Positions 1-9,019 of a DNA stretch of 40,852 nucleotides are shown here, piece after piece (the first letter of the stretch is position 1; the number at the start of each line of letters is the position of its first letter). A program made the position numbers and the translations under genes. The stretch covers positions 1 through 40,852 of the forward strand of contig CAYQPR010000005.1 of NCBI GenBank assembly GCA_964419925.1. The letters run 5' to 3'. The stretch is from Candidatus Woesearchaeota archaeon. Lineage in GTDB: Archaea > Nanobdellota > Nanobdellia > SCGC-AAA011-G17 > GW2011-AR20. The notes under the pieces were generated by a model. The model saw only the letters and a program-made list of their open reading frames with translations, was not told the origin of the DNA and searched no databases.

Positions 1-27
1 AGTTCCATTTACAATTAGGTTCTTCAT
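1..27 (-). CDS. Possible 5' end of a gene running off the window (MKNLIVNGT...)
   Basis: ATG at 27 on the minus strand, open to the window edge, with BRE/TATA-like GAAAGATTTAAATA at 57-70 upstream. Only 9 codons are visible. Confidence 0.35.
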
Positions 28-93
28 TTTAGTTGATTAAATTTAGAAACTAGAGGTATTTAAATCTTTCTAATTGTTACTATTTTAAAATGA

Positions 94-744
94 TTAAATT
101 AACAACCTAAATTTATGTCCAACAGAATAAACTTGACCCTCTTTAACCAAACTTTCAAGAACATTATTTATTTCAATTACACCCTTTCCTAATTCTGTTT
201 TGAGTTCTTCAAGACTAATGCCTTCTTTCTCCTCATATTTTTCAATTAGGTTTAGAATATCATTTCCTAAATTATTTGAGGTTAAATTAACTTCTTCTAT
301 TAAAACATTTCCTGAATCAATTAATTCTTCAGATTTAAGATTTTTTGGCTTGCCATATAATTTTATTAGTTCAAGTTTTCTTAATAACTCCCAATTAGGG
401 TTTAGGGATTTAATTATTTCCGCAAGAAGATAAATCTCTTCATTATATTTTCTAATTTTTCCAATAATAAGAACAATTTCCCCTATTGAAAACTTTGATA
501 ATAATTTAGTATCTTCCTTCCATGCTTTAATTCTTATTTGTTCGGTTCCATCATCTAAAGTCAAAGAAGCGTAATTTTTATCTTGAGATTCTGATTTGCC
601 GATTATTGTCGCAATTAAATTTACTCTAGTAATATTTTGATTATTAAAGGAAATGTAATTACTTTCATATTCTCCAGAATTCTCAATATAAGGATTAGAA
701 AAAATATCTGAAATCCAAAGTTTGCGAGCAATTAATCGATTCAT
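94..744 (-). CDS. RPA32/RPA2-like ssDNA-binding protein (OB fold plus C-terminal winged helix)
   Basis: OB-fold signature RVNLIATII...LTLDDGTEQIRIKAW...IIGKIRKYNEEIYL; C-terminal wH (LESLVKEGQVY); overlaps the mcm stop. Confidence 0.8.
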   Translation of the reverse strand: MNRLIARKLWISDIFSNPYIENSGEYESNYISFNNQNITRVNLIATIIGKSESQDKNYASLTLDDGTEQIRIKAWKEDTKLLSKFSIGEIVLIIGKIRKYNEEIYLLAEIIKSLNPNWELLRKLELIKLYGKPKNLKSEELIDSGNVLIEEVNLTSNNLGNDILNLIEKYEEKEGISLEELKTELGKGVIEINNVLESLVKEGQVYSVGHKFRLLI

Positions 745-2765
745 TATAATAAACTAATCTGTCCTTTTTTTGGTTCAAAAATATATCCCTCTCTTTTAAG
801 CTGTTCAATTGTATCTTCAACTTGAGAGTGATCTATGTTCTTTAAAGCAGCCTCATCTATAACATCTTGTAATAAAATAACTTTTCCAACTTTCTCTTCT
901 AATTTTTTAACAATCTCTCTTATAGCTATCACTTTAGACCTCTGTGAAGTTGAAACTCCAGTTGTAATTCTATCAATGTCAATTTCTCCAGTTTCGTAAT
1001 CAAAACCAACCTCCATTAAACAATGTGTTAAAAGATTTATAGAACGAATTGCGTCTCCCCTTGTAACATACTCGCTTAATCTTGTTTTTGCACTTCCTTC
1101 TGATAATCTAACTAATGCTTCTAGCTGTCTTGCACTGATTGGAATTGGCCTTAATTTTCCTTCTCCTTTCTGAGGACGATTACGCAAATTTACATAAAAG
1201 TTTTTTATTTCTTCTATAGCCTCATTTGTTAATTTTGGAAAAATTTTTTGTTTTGCATAAGAAATATATTTTTTTAATAAATCGATTTTTATATCTGACT
1301 TAAGTTCATCTGGATTTTGCTGTAATCTTAATACATGCGTTGCAATTTTAGTATCTAATTCTGAACTAGGTGTATCTTTTATCGGAAATATCAAATCAAA
1401 TCTATTAATTAATGTCGGGGGAAGATCAATTTGTGCGGCGAGTGGTGTAAATGGATCAAACCTTCCCATCTTTGGATTTGCAGCTGCTAATACCGTTGTC
1501 TGACATCTTAAAGTGGCTTGGATATTTGCTTTTGCTACGGATATTTTTTGCTGCTCTAATGCTTCATGCAAAGCATCCCTATCTTCGCTAGACATTTTAT
1601 CCAACTCATCGATAAATAATTGTCCACCGTTAGCTAAAACCATTGCTCCTGCTTCTAATGCCCAACCCCTAAGAAATTCGTCCTTTACGACAGATGCTGT
1701 GAGTCCTACACCTGAAACAGATTTTCCAGCGACGATTCTTCCTTTTGGAGCTGTTTTTGATACAGAAGTTAACATTGTACTTTTTGCACTACCGGGATCT
1801 CCAACTAAAAGTATATGCGTGTCTCCCCTTATTACCGTTCCATCTTCTTTTAATTTTCTAACCCCGCCCATTAATTGAATCATTAAAGCTTCTTTTACTT
1901 TTTCATGACCATAAATACTTGGGGCAATAGAGCTAACAAGTCTTTCATAAATTCTTGGATCTTTAGATAAAGTTCTAATTTCTTTTTCATCAGCTTCTCC
2001 GATTTCAACTTCCCAATATGTTTTTTCAATTGGATCAATATAATTTGATTCCATCATCAAATCGTACCTTATTGATTGAGCCCCTGATTTTAACAGAATC
2101 GGAACTTCTTTTATTACGCCAGTTACTAAAACTTTACTACCTGGAGTTGTATGTTTTTCCATTTTTGGATCAACTAAATCCTCTTTTAAAAAAACGCTGA
2201 GTCGTTTTGGTTGATCTCCACTTTCAAGTGCTTCTGGAACTTCTTCTAAAATTAATCTTTGTGCATCAACTAAATCTTTGCTTAATAATCTAAACCTTCC
2301 CCTTCTGCCACAAGAGCATCTTGAAGGTTCTCTAAATTTTGTGTCTAATTGTAACAATGTTAGTGTTGTTCCACATGCAGGACATTCAAATTTTGCGGAA
2401 GTAACTTGTGGACGAACATCAGAACTTTGCCTTACAATTCCTTCAATATACATAAATTTATTCAGATGAACACTTCTTATATCTCTAATTAAAATAAATT
2501 GATCTTTCGGGAGATTAAAAAATCTTGTTCTGAAATTTTTTATGTTTAAGTCTAAATCTGAAATAGAAAGTTCTGCTGCTCTCGTGGTGTCTTCAGGATA
2601 TTCTAATAAATCGTCAGCTAATTCATGATCAAATTGAGCAAGTTTTGCGAAGTCTATTTTAACAACTCCAATTCCACGAGCAGCTAATCGATGTAGCTCA
2701 TCGTGATAAACTGTTTCCATAAACTCTTTAAAACGTTCAATTTGTTCATTAGCTTCAATCCTCAT
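744..2765 (-). CDS. mcm: Replicative DNA helicase MCM
   Basis: Zn finger CPAC...CSC, Walker A GDPGSAKS, GLTASV, LEAGAMVLA, Walker B IDELDKM, AAANP, NRFDL, sensor 2 SARQLEALVRL, C-terminal wH. No intein. Confidence 0.98.
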   Translation of the reverse strand: MRIEANEQIERFKEFMETVYHDELHRLAARGIGVVKIDFAKLAQFDHELADDLLEYPEDTTRAAELSISDLDLNIKNFRTRFFNLPKDQFILIRDIRSVHLNKFMYIEGIVRQSSDVRPQVTSAKFECPACGTTLTLLQLDTKFREPSRCSCGRRGRFRLLSKDLVDAQRLILEEVPEALESGDQPKRLSVFLKEDLVDPKMEKHTTPGSKVLVTGVIKEVPILLKSGAQSIRYDLMMESNYIDPIEKTYWEVEIGEADEKEIRTLSKDPRIYERLVSSIAPSIYGHEKVKEALMIQLMGGVRKLKEDGTVIRGDTHILLVGDPGSAKSTMLTSVSKTAPKGRIVAGKSVSGVGLTASVVKDEFLRGWALEAGAMVLANGGQLFIDELDKMSSEDRDALHEALEQQKISVAKANIQATLRCQTTVLAAANPKMGRFDPFTPLAAQIDLPPTLINRFDLIFPIKDTPSSELDTKIATHVLRLQQNPDELKSDIKIDLLKKYISYAKQKIFPKLTNEAIEEIKNFYVNLRNRPQKGEGKLRPIPISARQLEALVRLSEGSAKTRLSEYVTRGDAIRSINLLTHCLMEVGFDYETGEIDIDRITTGVSTSQRSKVIAIREIVKKLEEKVGKVILLQDVIDEAALKNIDHSQVEDTIEQLKREGYIFEPKKGQISLL

Positions 2766-3307
2766 TTTACTTTTTTTAAGACTACAACTAATTTTTTAAC
2801 GGCTTCTCTTAATTTTGTTTCGCTTCTTGTTCCCGTGCAAACAATTTTTCCGTTGCTAAACAATAAGAAGGTTGCCCTTGTTCCCGGAAGTTTGTAAACT
2901 AATCCTGGAAATTGTTCAGGTTCATATTCTGTGTTCTCTAATTTCATTGCTAAAGAATTTAAATTTAAAGGCATATTAATTGTTCCTGAAGCAACCATAT
3001 TTTGCACGATTATTTTTGGTTTAACAATAATCTTTATTCTTATTTTTCTTAAATTTTCAATTATTTTTGTTAAAGATTCTTTTACTTTGCTTAATGATTT
3101 TGCCCCAGTGCAAACAACTTTTCCAGAACTGAAAATTAATGCTGAAGTTTTTGGGTTTTTAATCCTCATAACTAATCCTGGAAATTGTTCTGGATTATAT
3201 TCTGTATTTGGAAGAACCTCCGCAAGTTTAATCAATGGTATGTCGTGTTCTAAAGAAGTAGAAATAACTATATTTTGTATTTTTATTTTAGTCTGGTTTT
3301 TCATCAA
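2762..3307 (-). CDS. tbp: TATA-box binding protein (start may be ATG 3304)
   Basis: Two TBP repeats: EYNPEQFPGLV...LIFSSGKVVCTGAKS and EYEPEQFPGLV...LLFSNGKIVCTGTRS. G-rich SD-like tract upstream; ATGA overlap with mcm. Confidence 0.98.
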   Translation of the reverse strand: MMKNQTKIKIQNIVISTSLEHDIPLIKLAEVLPNTEYNPEQFPGLVMRIKNPKTSALIFSSGKVVCTGAKSLSKVKESLTKIIENLRKIRIKIIVKPKIIVQNMVASGTINMPLNLNSLAMKLENTEYEPEQFPGLVYKLPGTRATFLLFSNGKIVCTGTRSETKLREAVKKLVVVLKKVK

Positions 3308-3404
3308 ATTCCCCCCTGTTTTTTAAAAACTTATTTATAAATGAACAAGAAGGTTTATAAAGGTTCTTTATAAAGGAAGTGTACCCATCTTAAAAGGGTT
3401 AAAA

Positions 3405-3821
3405 ATGAGACAATTTGAAGATTATTCAAAGGACATCGAAATATTTCTAAAAAATCAAACAAAAGTTAAAGAGTTTAATTGCATGAAGTTAGTTTTATAT
3501 TTACTTGGAATTCCAGAGGTAAATGAATTTAGATACTTATTTTATCCGGATAATTTACTAAAACGCTTTAAAGAGGTAAAAAATCTTAATAAATTAGATT
3601 TAGGTGATTTAGCAATTTTTTTTAGTGAAGAAAAATCTAGACGAGAAAATAAATATCCCATGATTGATCACATTGGGTTAATTTACCAAAAAAAACCTCT
3701 AGAAATATTTCATAAATTTTGTTTGGGTAAATATGAAATTTATCAATTAAAAGATTTTGAAAAATATACTTTAGAAAAAAAAGTTCATTTAAAATACTTT
3801 ACAGAGATTAAATCTTTTTAA
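3405..3821 (+). CDS. Hypothetical protein, NlpC/P60 (papain-like) fold candidate
   Basis: Motif order FNCMKLV ... LGDLAIF ... DHIGLI matches the Cys / GD / His arrangement of NlpC/P60. Confidence 0.5.
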   Translation: MRQFEDYSKDIEIFLKNQTKVKEFNCMKLVLYLLGIPEVNEFRYLFYPDNLLKRFKEVKNLNKLDLGDLAIFFSEEKSRRENKYPMIDHIGLIYQKKPLEIFHKFCLGKYEIYQLKDFEKYTLEKKVHLKYFTEIKSF

Positions 3822-6621
3822 TTTTAATCTCGAAATCTTTTTCTTTTATTTTAAATTTATCTTCAAAATTTGAATTCAAATTTTTAACAATTTTAGCATT
3901 ACTTGATTTCTTAATTAAATCGTAATCTAAATCAATTTCAGATTTTATACTAAGTTCGATTTTATCTTCTTTGTATAAAGAAGATTTTTTTCTTAAATCT
4001 TGAATTCTTCTTAGGATCTCTCTTGTAAATCCTTCTTTCTCGATTTCGGGTGTTAATTCCGTATTAATCTTAATTCTAAAATCTTCCTCAATATCAATTT
4101 TATTAAAAATTAATTTTTTGCAGTTCACTTGAGATTTAATCAACTCTTCGACATCTTTTATTGAGTTACATAAACTTTCATTACCTTCTTTTATATCTAA
4201 AATAACTTCTGATAATGGCCACCTCACTCCAACCTGTTGTTTTGTTCTTTCGCTTAATAATCCTTGGATAATAACTTTTGCCCAGAAGATAGCTATCTCA
4301 CACTTATTATTAATCAAATCTTCATTCGCGATTGGCCAATTTTCTAAAAATATCGATTCATTTGATTTATATAACTCTTGATAAATTTTTTCAGTAATGA
4401 AGGGGGTAAATGGTGCAAGTAATTTTAATCCTTCTAAAAATGAATTTGATAAAGTAGTTTGAATTTTTTTATCATCGATTTTATCCCTAATAAAATGAAC
4501 ATAGGTTCTTGATAAGTCATCTAACAAGAATTTTTTTATTTCTTCTAAAGCCTTATTTGGTTCTAAATTTTCTAAAGATTCGGTTACAATCTTTTTTACG
4601 TTTTCTCTTCTTGATATAATCCATTTTGATGCGACATCATCAGATTCTTTTTTATTTGAAGTTGAATAAAGTTTTATATACTTACTCAAATTCCAAATTA
4701 TTTTCAGGTAACCTTCACTTTCTTTTGCGATATGATAACCAAATTTTAAATTAAATAAGGGATTTTGAGAACAATAAATCCAACGCATAACGTCTGCACC
4801 CATTTTTTCAACCGCTTCATCAAACCAAATTGCGTTTCCTTTTGATTTGTGCATTGCTTCTCCTTTTTCGTCTCTTACCTCTTCGTATGCGAAAACTTTT
4901 TTATATGGAAATTTATTTTCTAAAGTAACCGACATGAATAAAAGTGCATAAAACCATAACCGAACTTGTGCTCTCATTTCGATAACTAATTCAGCTGGAA
5001 ACCATTTTTCCCAATAAATTTTATCTGTAAAATATTTTAAAGTAGAAAAAGGAACAATGCCTGCATCTAACCAACAATCTCCAACTTCTTTTATTCTAGA
5101 AATTGTGGAATTACATTTACTGCATTTTATTTTAACTTCATCTATCCAAGGCCTATGCAACTCTGGAAGTGTATTAACAATCTTTTTCTCAACTGCTTTT
5201 TCTCTTAACTCTTTTAATGAGCCAACAATTTCAAGATGGCCACATTCACATTCATAAAACATTAATGGCAAGCCCCAATATCTTTTTCTTCCAATATTCC
5301 AATCACCCATATTGTCAAGCCAGTCTTGCATTAATTTTCCAACATGTTTTGGTTCCCAAATAACTTTTTCAGCTGCTTTTTTCATCAAAGGACGAATTTC
5401 ATCTGCGCCAATAAACCACTCAGAACTCATTCTAAAAACTAATTCTTCCTTGCAACGCCAACAAACAGGATATCGATGTTTATAATCTTCTATTTTGAAT
5501 AAAATATTTCTGTTCTCTAAATCTTTCACAATTTCTTTCTTTAATTCTTTGCTTATTTTTTTACCTGAAAGCCAACCAAACCCTTTGTTATAAATTCCTT
5601 CTTCATTTAAGGCAGATGGTATTAATGAAAGTTTTTCTTTTTTTCCTAATTCATAATCTTCAGCACCACATGTTGGGGCAATGTGAACAATACCGGTTCC
5701 TTCTTCTTCTCCAACTTCATCCCATTGAATTACCTTATGTTTTATTTTTTTCTGAAAATCTAATTCTGGATAAAATGATTCATATTCTAAATTCAAAAGA
5801 TCTTTTCCTTTTAGTTTACTCAATATTTCGAAATTCTTTCCAATTTTATGAAGATTAGATTTGGATAAATAATAAACTTCATCATTTACTTTAACTTTTA
5901 TATAATCTAAATTTGGATTAACAGCGGCTGCGACGTTTGAACTTAATGTCCATTCTGTTGTTGTCCATATTAATAAAAATTCATTTTTCCTATTTTTTAA
6001 TTTAGCTTTAACATAAACTGAGGGATGGACTAATTCTGCATAACCACCATCAGACATCTCATGTTGAGACGAAGAAGTTCCACATCTGATACACCATGGA
6101 AGAACTTTTACTCCCTTGTATAACCACCCATTCTCATGACATTTTTTTAAAAAAGCCCAAATCGCTTCAATATTTTTATCGCTCATCGTATAATAAGAAT
6201 TTTCCCAATCCATCCATTGCCCTAATCTTATAGATTGTTCCGTTTGGATTTTAGAAAATTTATCAACTCTTCCTCTACATGCTTTAGAAAATTTATCTAA
6301 TCCATAACTTTCAATATCTTCTCTCGAATTAAATTTAAGTTCTTTTTCTGTTTCAACTTCTAACCATAATCCTTGGCAATCAAAACCATTTTGATATCTT
6401 TGATCATAACCTTGCATTGCTTTAAATCTTTGATAAATGTCTTTGTATGTTCTACCCCATGCATGATGCACACCCATCGGATTATTTGCGGTTATGGGGC
6501 CGTCAATAAAAGACCATGATTTTTTATTTCGATTTTTATTTCTAAGTTTATCAAAAATCTTCTGTTCTTTCCAGAAATTTAGAACTTCTTTTTCAATTTC
6601 ATTATGAATGTAATCTGACAT
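3808..6621 (-). CDS. ileS: Isoleucine--tRNA ligase (IleRS2-like, non-canonical GVHH and AMHKS signatures)
   Basis: DGPITAN, GFDCQGL, editing-domain WTTTEWTL and GTGIVHIAP, YPVCWRC, DWNIGRKRYWGLP, DCWLDAG, MHKSKGN. Confidence 0.95.
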   Translation of the reverse strand: MSDYIHNEIEKEVLNFWKEQKIFDKLRNKNRNKKSWSFIDGPITANNPMGVHHAWGRTYKDIYQRFKAMQGYDQRYQNGFDCQGLWLEVETEKELKFNSREDIESYGLDKFSKACRGRVDKFSKIQTEQSIRLGQWMDWENSYYTMSDKNIEAIWAFLKKCHENGWLYKGVKVLPWCIRCGTSSSQHEMSDGGYAELVHPSVYVKAKLKNRKNEFLLIWTTTEWTLSSNVAAAVNPNLDYIKVKVNDEVYYLSKSNLHKIGKNFEILSKLKGKDLLNLEYESFYPELDFQKKIKHKVIQWDEVGEEEGTGIVHIAPTCGAEDYELGKKEKLSLIPSALNEEGIYNKGFGWLSGKKISKELKKEIVKDLENRNILFKIEDYKHRYPVCWRCKEELVFRMSSEWFIGADEIRPLMKKAAEKVIWEPKHVGKLMQDWLDNMGDWNIGRKRYWGLPLMFYECECGHLEIVGSLKELREKAVEKKIVNTLPELHRPWIDEVKIKCSKCNSTISRIKEVGDCWLDAGIVPFSTLKYFTDKIYWEKWFPAELVIEMRAQVRLWFYALLFMSVTLENKFPYKKVFAYEEVRDEKGEAMHKSKGNAIWFDEAVEKMGADVMRWIYCSQNPLFNLKFGYHIAKESEGYLKIIWNLSKYIKLYSTSNKKESDDVASKWIISRRENVKKIVTESLENLEPNKALEEIKKFLLDDLSRTYVHFIRDKIDDKKIQTTLSNSFLEGLKLLAPFTPFITEKIYQELYKSNESIFLENWPIANEDLINNKCEIAIFWAKVIIQGLLSERTKQQVGVRWPLSEVILDIKEGNESLCNSIKDVEELIKSQVNCKKLIFNKIDIEEDFRIKINTELTPEIEKEGFTREILRRIQDLRKKSSLYKEDKIELSIKSEIDLDYDLIKKSSNAKIVKNLNSNFEDKFKIKEKDFEIKIKKI

Positions 6622-6667
6622 AAACTAGCCTTCATTGTATAATTTATATAGTTTTCTAGGCTTAAAA

Positions 6668-6758
6668 AGAAAGTTTTATAAACAATAATTTTAGATAAAT
6701 CTTAGCAGTTATTCAACTACTTTTAATGTAGATAATAATTGTAAATAAATATAAGGAG
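6668..6758 (+). promoter_or_regulatory. BRE/TATA promoter, 5' UTR hairpin and Shine-Dalgarno of the TRAM gene
   Basis: AGAAAG-TTTTATAAA at 6668-6682; stem-loop at 6705-6742; AAGGAG at 6753-6758, 10 nt before the ATG. Confidence 0.6.
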
Positions 6759-6768
6759 TGTATAAAAT

Positions 6769-7122
6769 ATGTACGGAAATAGAAGATTCAGTGAAAATAG
6801 AAGTGATAGAAGTTTTGCTCCAGTTAATGTTGGAGATGAACTTGACTTAAAAATAGAAGCTGTTGGTGAAAAAGGAGACGGCATAGCAAAGGTTAAAGGT
6901 TTTGTAATCTTTGTACCTGGTGTAAAACAGGGTGAAGATGTCAAAGTTAGAATAACTAAAGTCTTAAGAAAAGTTGGCTTTGGTGAAGTCGTTGGTAAAG
7001 AAAGTTCTGAAAAATCAGAAGAGTCTTCAGAAGGGGAGAGTAATACTGAAAGCAGTGAAGAAAGTTACGAGGATACTCAAGAAACTGAAGATACAGAAGA
7101 TTTTGGTGAAGAAGAATCATAA
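6769..7122 (+). CDS. Single TRAM-domain RNA-binding protein with acidic tail (cold-shock-type RNA chaperone)
   Basis: APVNVGDELDLKIEAVGEKGDGIAKVKGFVIFVPG...VKVRITKV is the archaeal stand-alone TRAM consensus. Confidence 0.92.
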   Translation: MYGNRRFSENRSDRSFAPVNVGDELDLKIEAVGEKGDGIAKVKGFVIFVPGVKQGEDVKVRITKVLRKVGFGEVVGKESSEKSEESSEGESNTESSEESYEDTQETEDTEDFGEEES

Positions 7123-7126
7123 TTAC

Positions 7127-7148
7127 TTTTTTTCTTTTTTTTATTTTT
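7127..7148 (+). terminator. Oligo-T archaeal terminator
   Basis: TTTTTTTCTTTTTTTTATTTTT immediately after the TRAM stop codon. Confidence 0.65.
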
Positions 7149-7186
7149 ACACAACTTTTATAAAGATTTATCCTTTTTAGATTATA

Positions 7187-8143
7187 ATGAATAATTTGTT
7201 TATAGAGAAATATAGGCCGAGTAATTTTGAAGAGGTTGTTGGACAAGAGATAATCGTTCAAAGAGTTAAGGCGATGAGTGATCAGAAGGAAATTCCACAC
7301 ATGTTATTTTCTGGACCACCTGGAACTGGAAAAACAACAATTGCATTAATAGTTGCAAAAGAACTTTTTAAAGAAAACTGGAAACAAAATTTTCTTGAAA
7401 TGAATGCTTCTTCTGATAGAGGGATAGATATAATAAGAAACCAAGTGAAAAGTTTTGCAAAAACAAAACCCATTGGAACAAATTTACCTAAATTAATATT
7501 TTTAGATGAAGCAGACGCATTAACAAAAGATGCTCAAAATGCATTAAGAAGAACGATGGAGCAATTTTCTGAAAATTGTAGATTTATTTTAAGTTGTAAT
7601 TATGTTAGTAAGATTATAGATCCAATTCAAAGTAGATGTGCTATGTTCAAGTTTAAACCATTAAACGAAGAAGATATTAAAAAAATAATTTTGAATATTG
7701 TTAAAAATGAAAATTTAAAAATTAATGATAAAGCCCTGGAAGTTTTGTATGGTACTTCAGAAGGAGACGTAAGAAGAGCCGAAAATATTTTACAAAGTTG
7801 TTCTATAACTTCAAAAAATATTACTGAAAAAGATATTTATGATGTTGTTGCACAAGCAAATCCAAAAGAAGTAAAAGATATTTTGGAATATGCTTTGAAA
7901 AGTAATTTTATTATCGCTAGAGATAAACTACTTTCATTGATGTTAAAAGAAGGTTTAAGTGGGTTAGATATGATTAAACAGATTCAAAAAGAAATTTTAA
8001 ATATTCAAATAAATGATGAGAGAAAGTTAAGTTTGATTGACAAGTGCGGGGAAATTGAATTTAGACTTGTTGAAGGAAGCGATGAATTTATACAATTAGA
8101 GAGTTTTTTAGCCTTTATGGGAAAAAAGAATGAAAATAACTAA
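7187..8143 (+). CDS. rfcS: Replication factor C small subunit
   Basis: EKYRP, Walker [21 protein letters not shown], Walker B LDEAD, AQNALRRTME, SRC motif. Confidence 0.98.
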   Translation: MNNLFIEKYRPSNFEEVVGQEIIVQRVKAMSDQKEIPHMLFSGPPGTGKTTIALIVAKELFKENWKQNFLEMNASSDRGIDIIRNQVKSFAKTKPIGTNLPKLIFLDEADALTKDAQNALRRTMEQFSENCRFILSCNYVSKIIDPIQSRCAMFKFKPLNEEDIKKIILNIVKNENLKINDKALEVLYGTSEGDVRRAENILQSCSITSKNITEKDIYDVVAQANPKEVKDILEYALKSNFIIARDKLLSLMLKEGLSGLDMIKQIQKEILNIQINDERKLSLIDKCGEIEFRLVEGSDEFIQLESFLAFMGKKNENN

Positions 8144-8456
8144 AGACGATAGAAAGCATGAGTTGTTTAGGATATTAAAAAATTTATACTTCTTGACTGA
8201 AAAAGAAAAATTTGATGAATATATGAAATTAAAAAAAGTTTATAATAAACTTATGCAGGAGATTTTTGGAAACATTACTAAAAAAGGTGATGAGGGTTTT
8301 GAGTATGATCTGGCAAGAAACTGTTTTGATCATTTCTTTATGTCAAAAAGTCATTATGAATTTTTAAAAAAACCTAAAGAGGAAGTTATTTCTGCAAAAC
8401 GAGAGGCTCTTCTTAAAGCGTTAAAATTAATGAATGAGTTAGAAGGTTATTTATGA
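8130..8456 (+). CDS. Hypothetical protein
   Basis: 108-aa ORF overlapping both neighbours, with normal composition and no recognised motif. Confidence 0.6.
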   Translation: MKITKDDRKHELFRILKNLYFLTEKEKFDEYMKLKKVYNKLMQEIFGNITKKGDEGFEYDLARNCFDHFFMSKSHYEFLKKPKEEVISAKREALLKALKLMNELEGYL

Positions 8457-9019
8457 AATTAAATTTTCAGTATTCACAAGTATATGATGAACTTTTAAGT
8501 TATATGTCTAGAAATAATTTTGATAATAAACAAATTTTGGAATTAGAAACATTTACGATTCAGCTTAGCAATTATTGGAATAAAATTAATAATAAAATTT
8601 TAAAAGAAATTGAAAAAGTTTCAGGATTAAGGTTTAAAAAAGACGTTGATTGTTTTGTAGTTAAACATTTTGGTTATAGGGCAATTTCTGATCCGTTTAC
8701 GATTAAGATGAATAAAGATTTTAATTATTTAACTGGGATTATAATTCATGAACTAATTCATATTTTATTGAAAGATAATGAAAAGATATTAGGATTAGTG
8801 AATAAAAAGTTTAGTTCGCAAGATAATGATTTTAAGGTTCATTTCCCGGTTTTGTTGATTGAAAGAAAAGTCATTGAAAACTTATTTGGAGAGAAATTCT
8901 TTAATGAGATTATGAAAAAAGATGATCATAATCCTGATTTAGAATATGAATGGGAAGAAGTAAACCATGTTTATAATAAGTTTAATTCAAACGTAATAAA
9001 ATTTTTAGAAAAATGTTAA
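8453..9019 (+). CDS. Hypothetical protein with HExxH zincin-like motif
   Basis: GIIIHELIHILL motif; coupled to neighbouring genes by overlaps. Confidence 0.6.
   Translation: MKLNFQYSQVYDELLSYMSRNNFDNKQILELETFTIQLSNYWNKINNKILKEIEKVSGLRFKKDVDCFVVKHFGYRAISDPFTIKMNKDFNYLTGIIIHELIHILLKDNEKILGLVNKKFSSQDNDFKVHFPVLLIERKVIENLFGEKFFNEIMKKDDHNPDLEYEWEEVNHVYNKFNSNVIKFLEKC

Noticed and set aside
200-3326. Short plus-strand ORFs opposite RPA32-like, mcm and tbp, and similar antisense ORFs elsewhere (e.g. 5057, 16307, 29035, 34423, 35380, 39491)
   Set aside because: They lie within well-supported genes on the other strand and have the S/F/L/I-rich composition typical of shadows.
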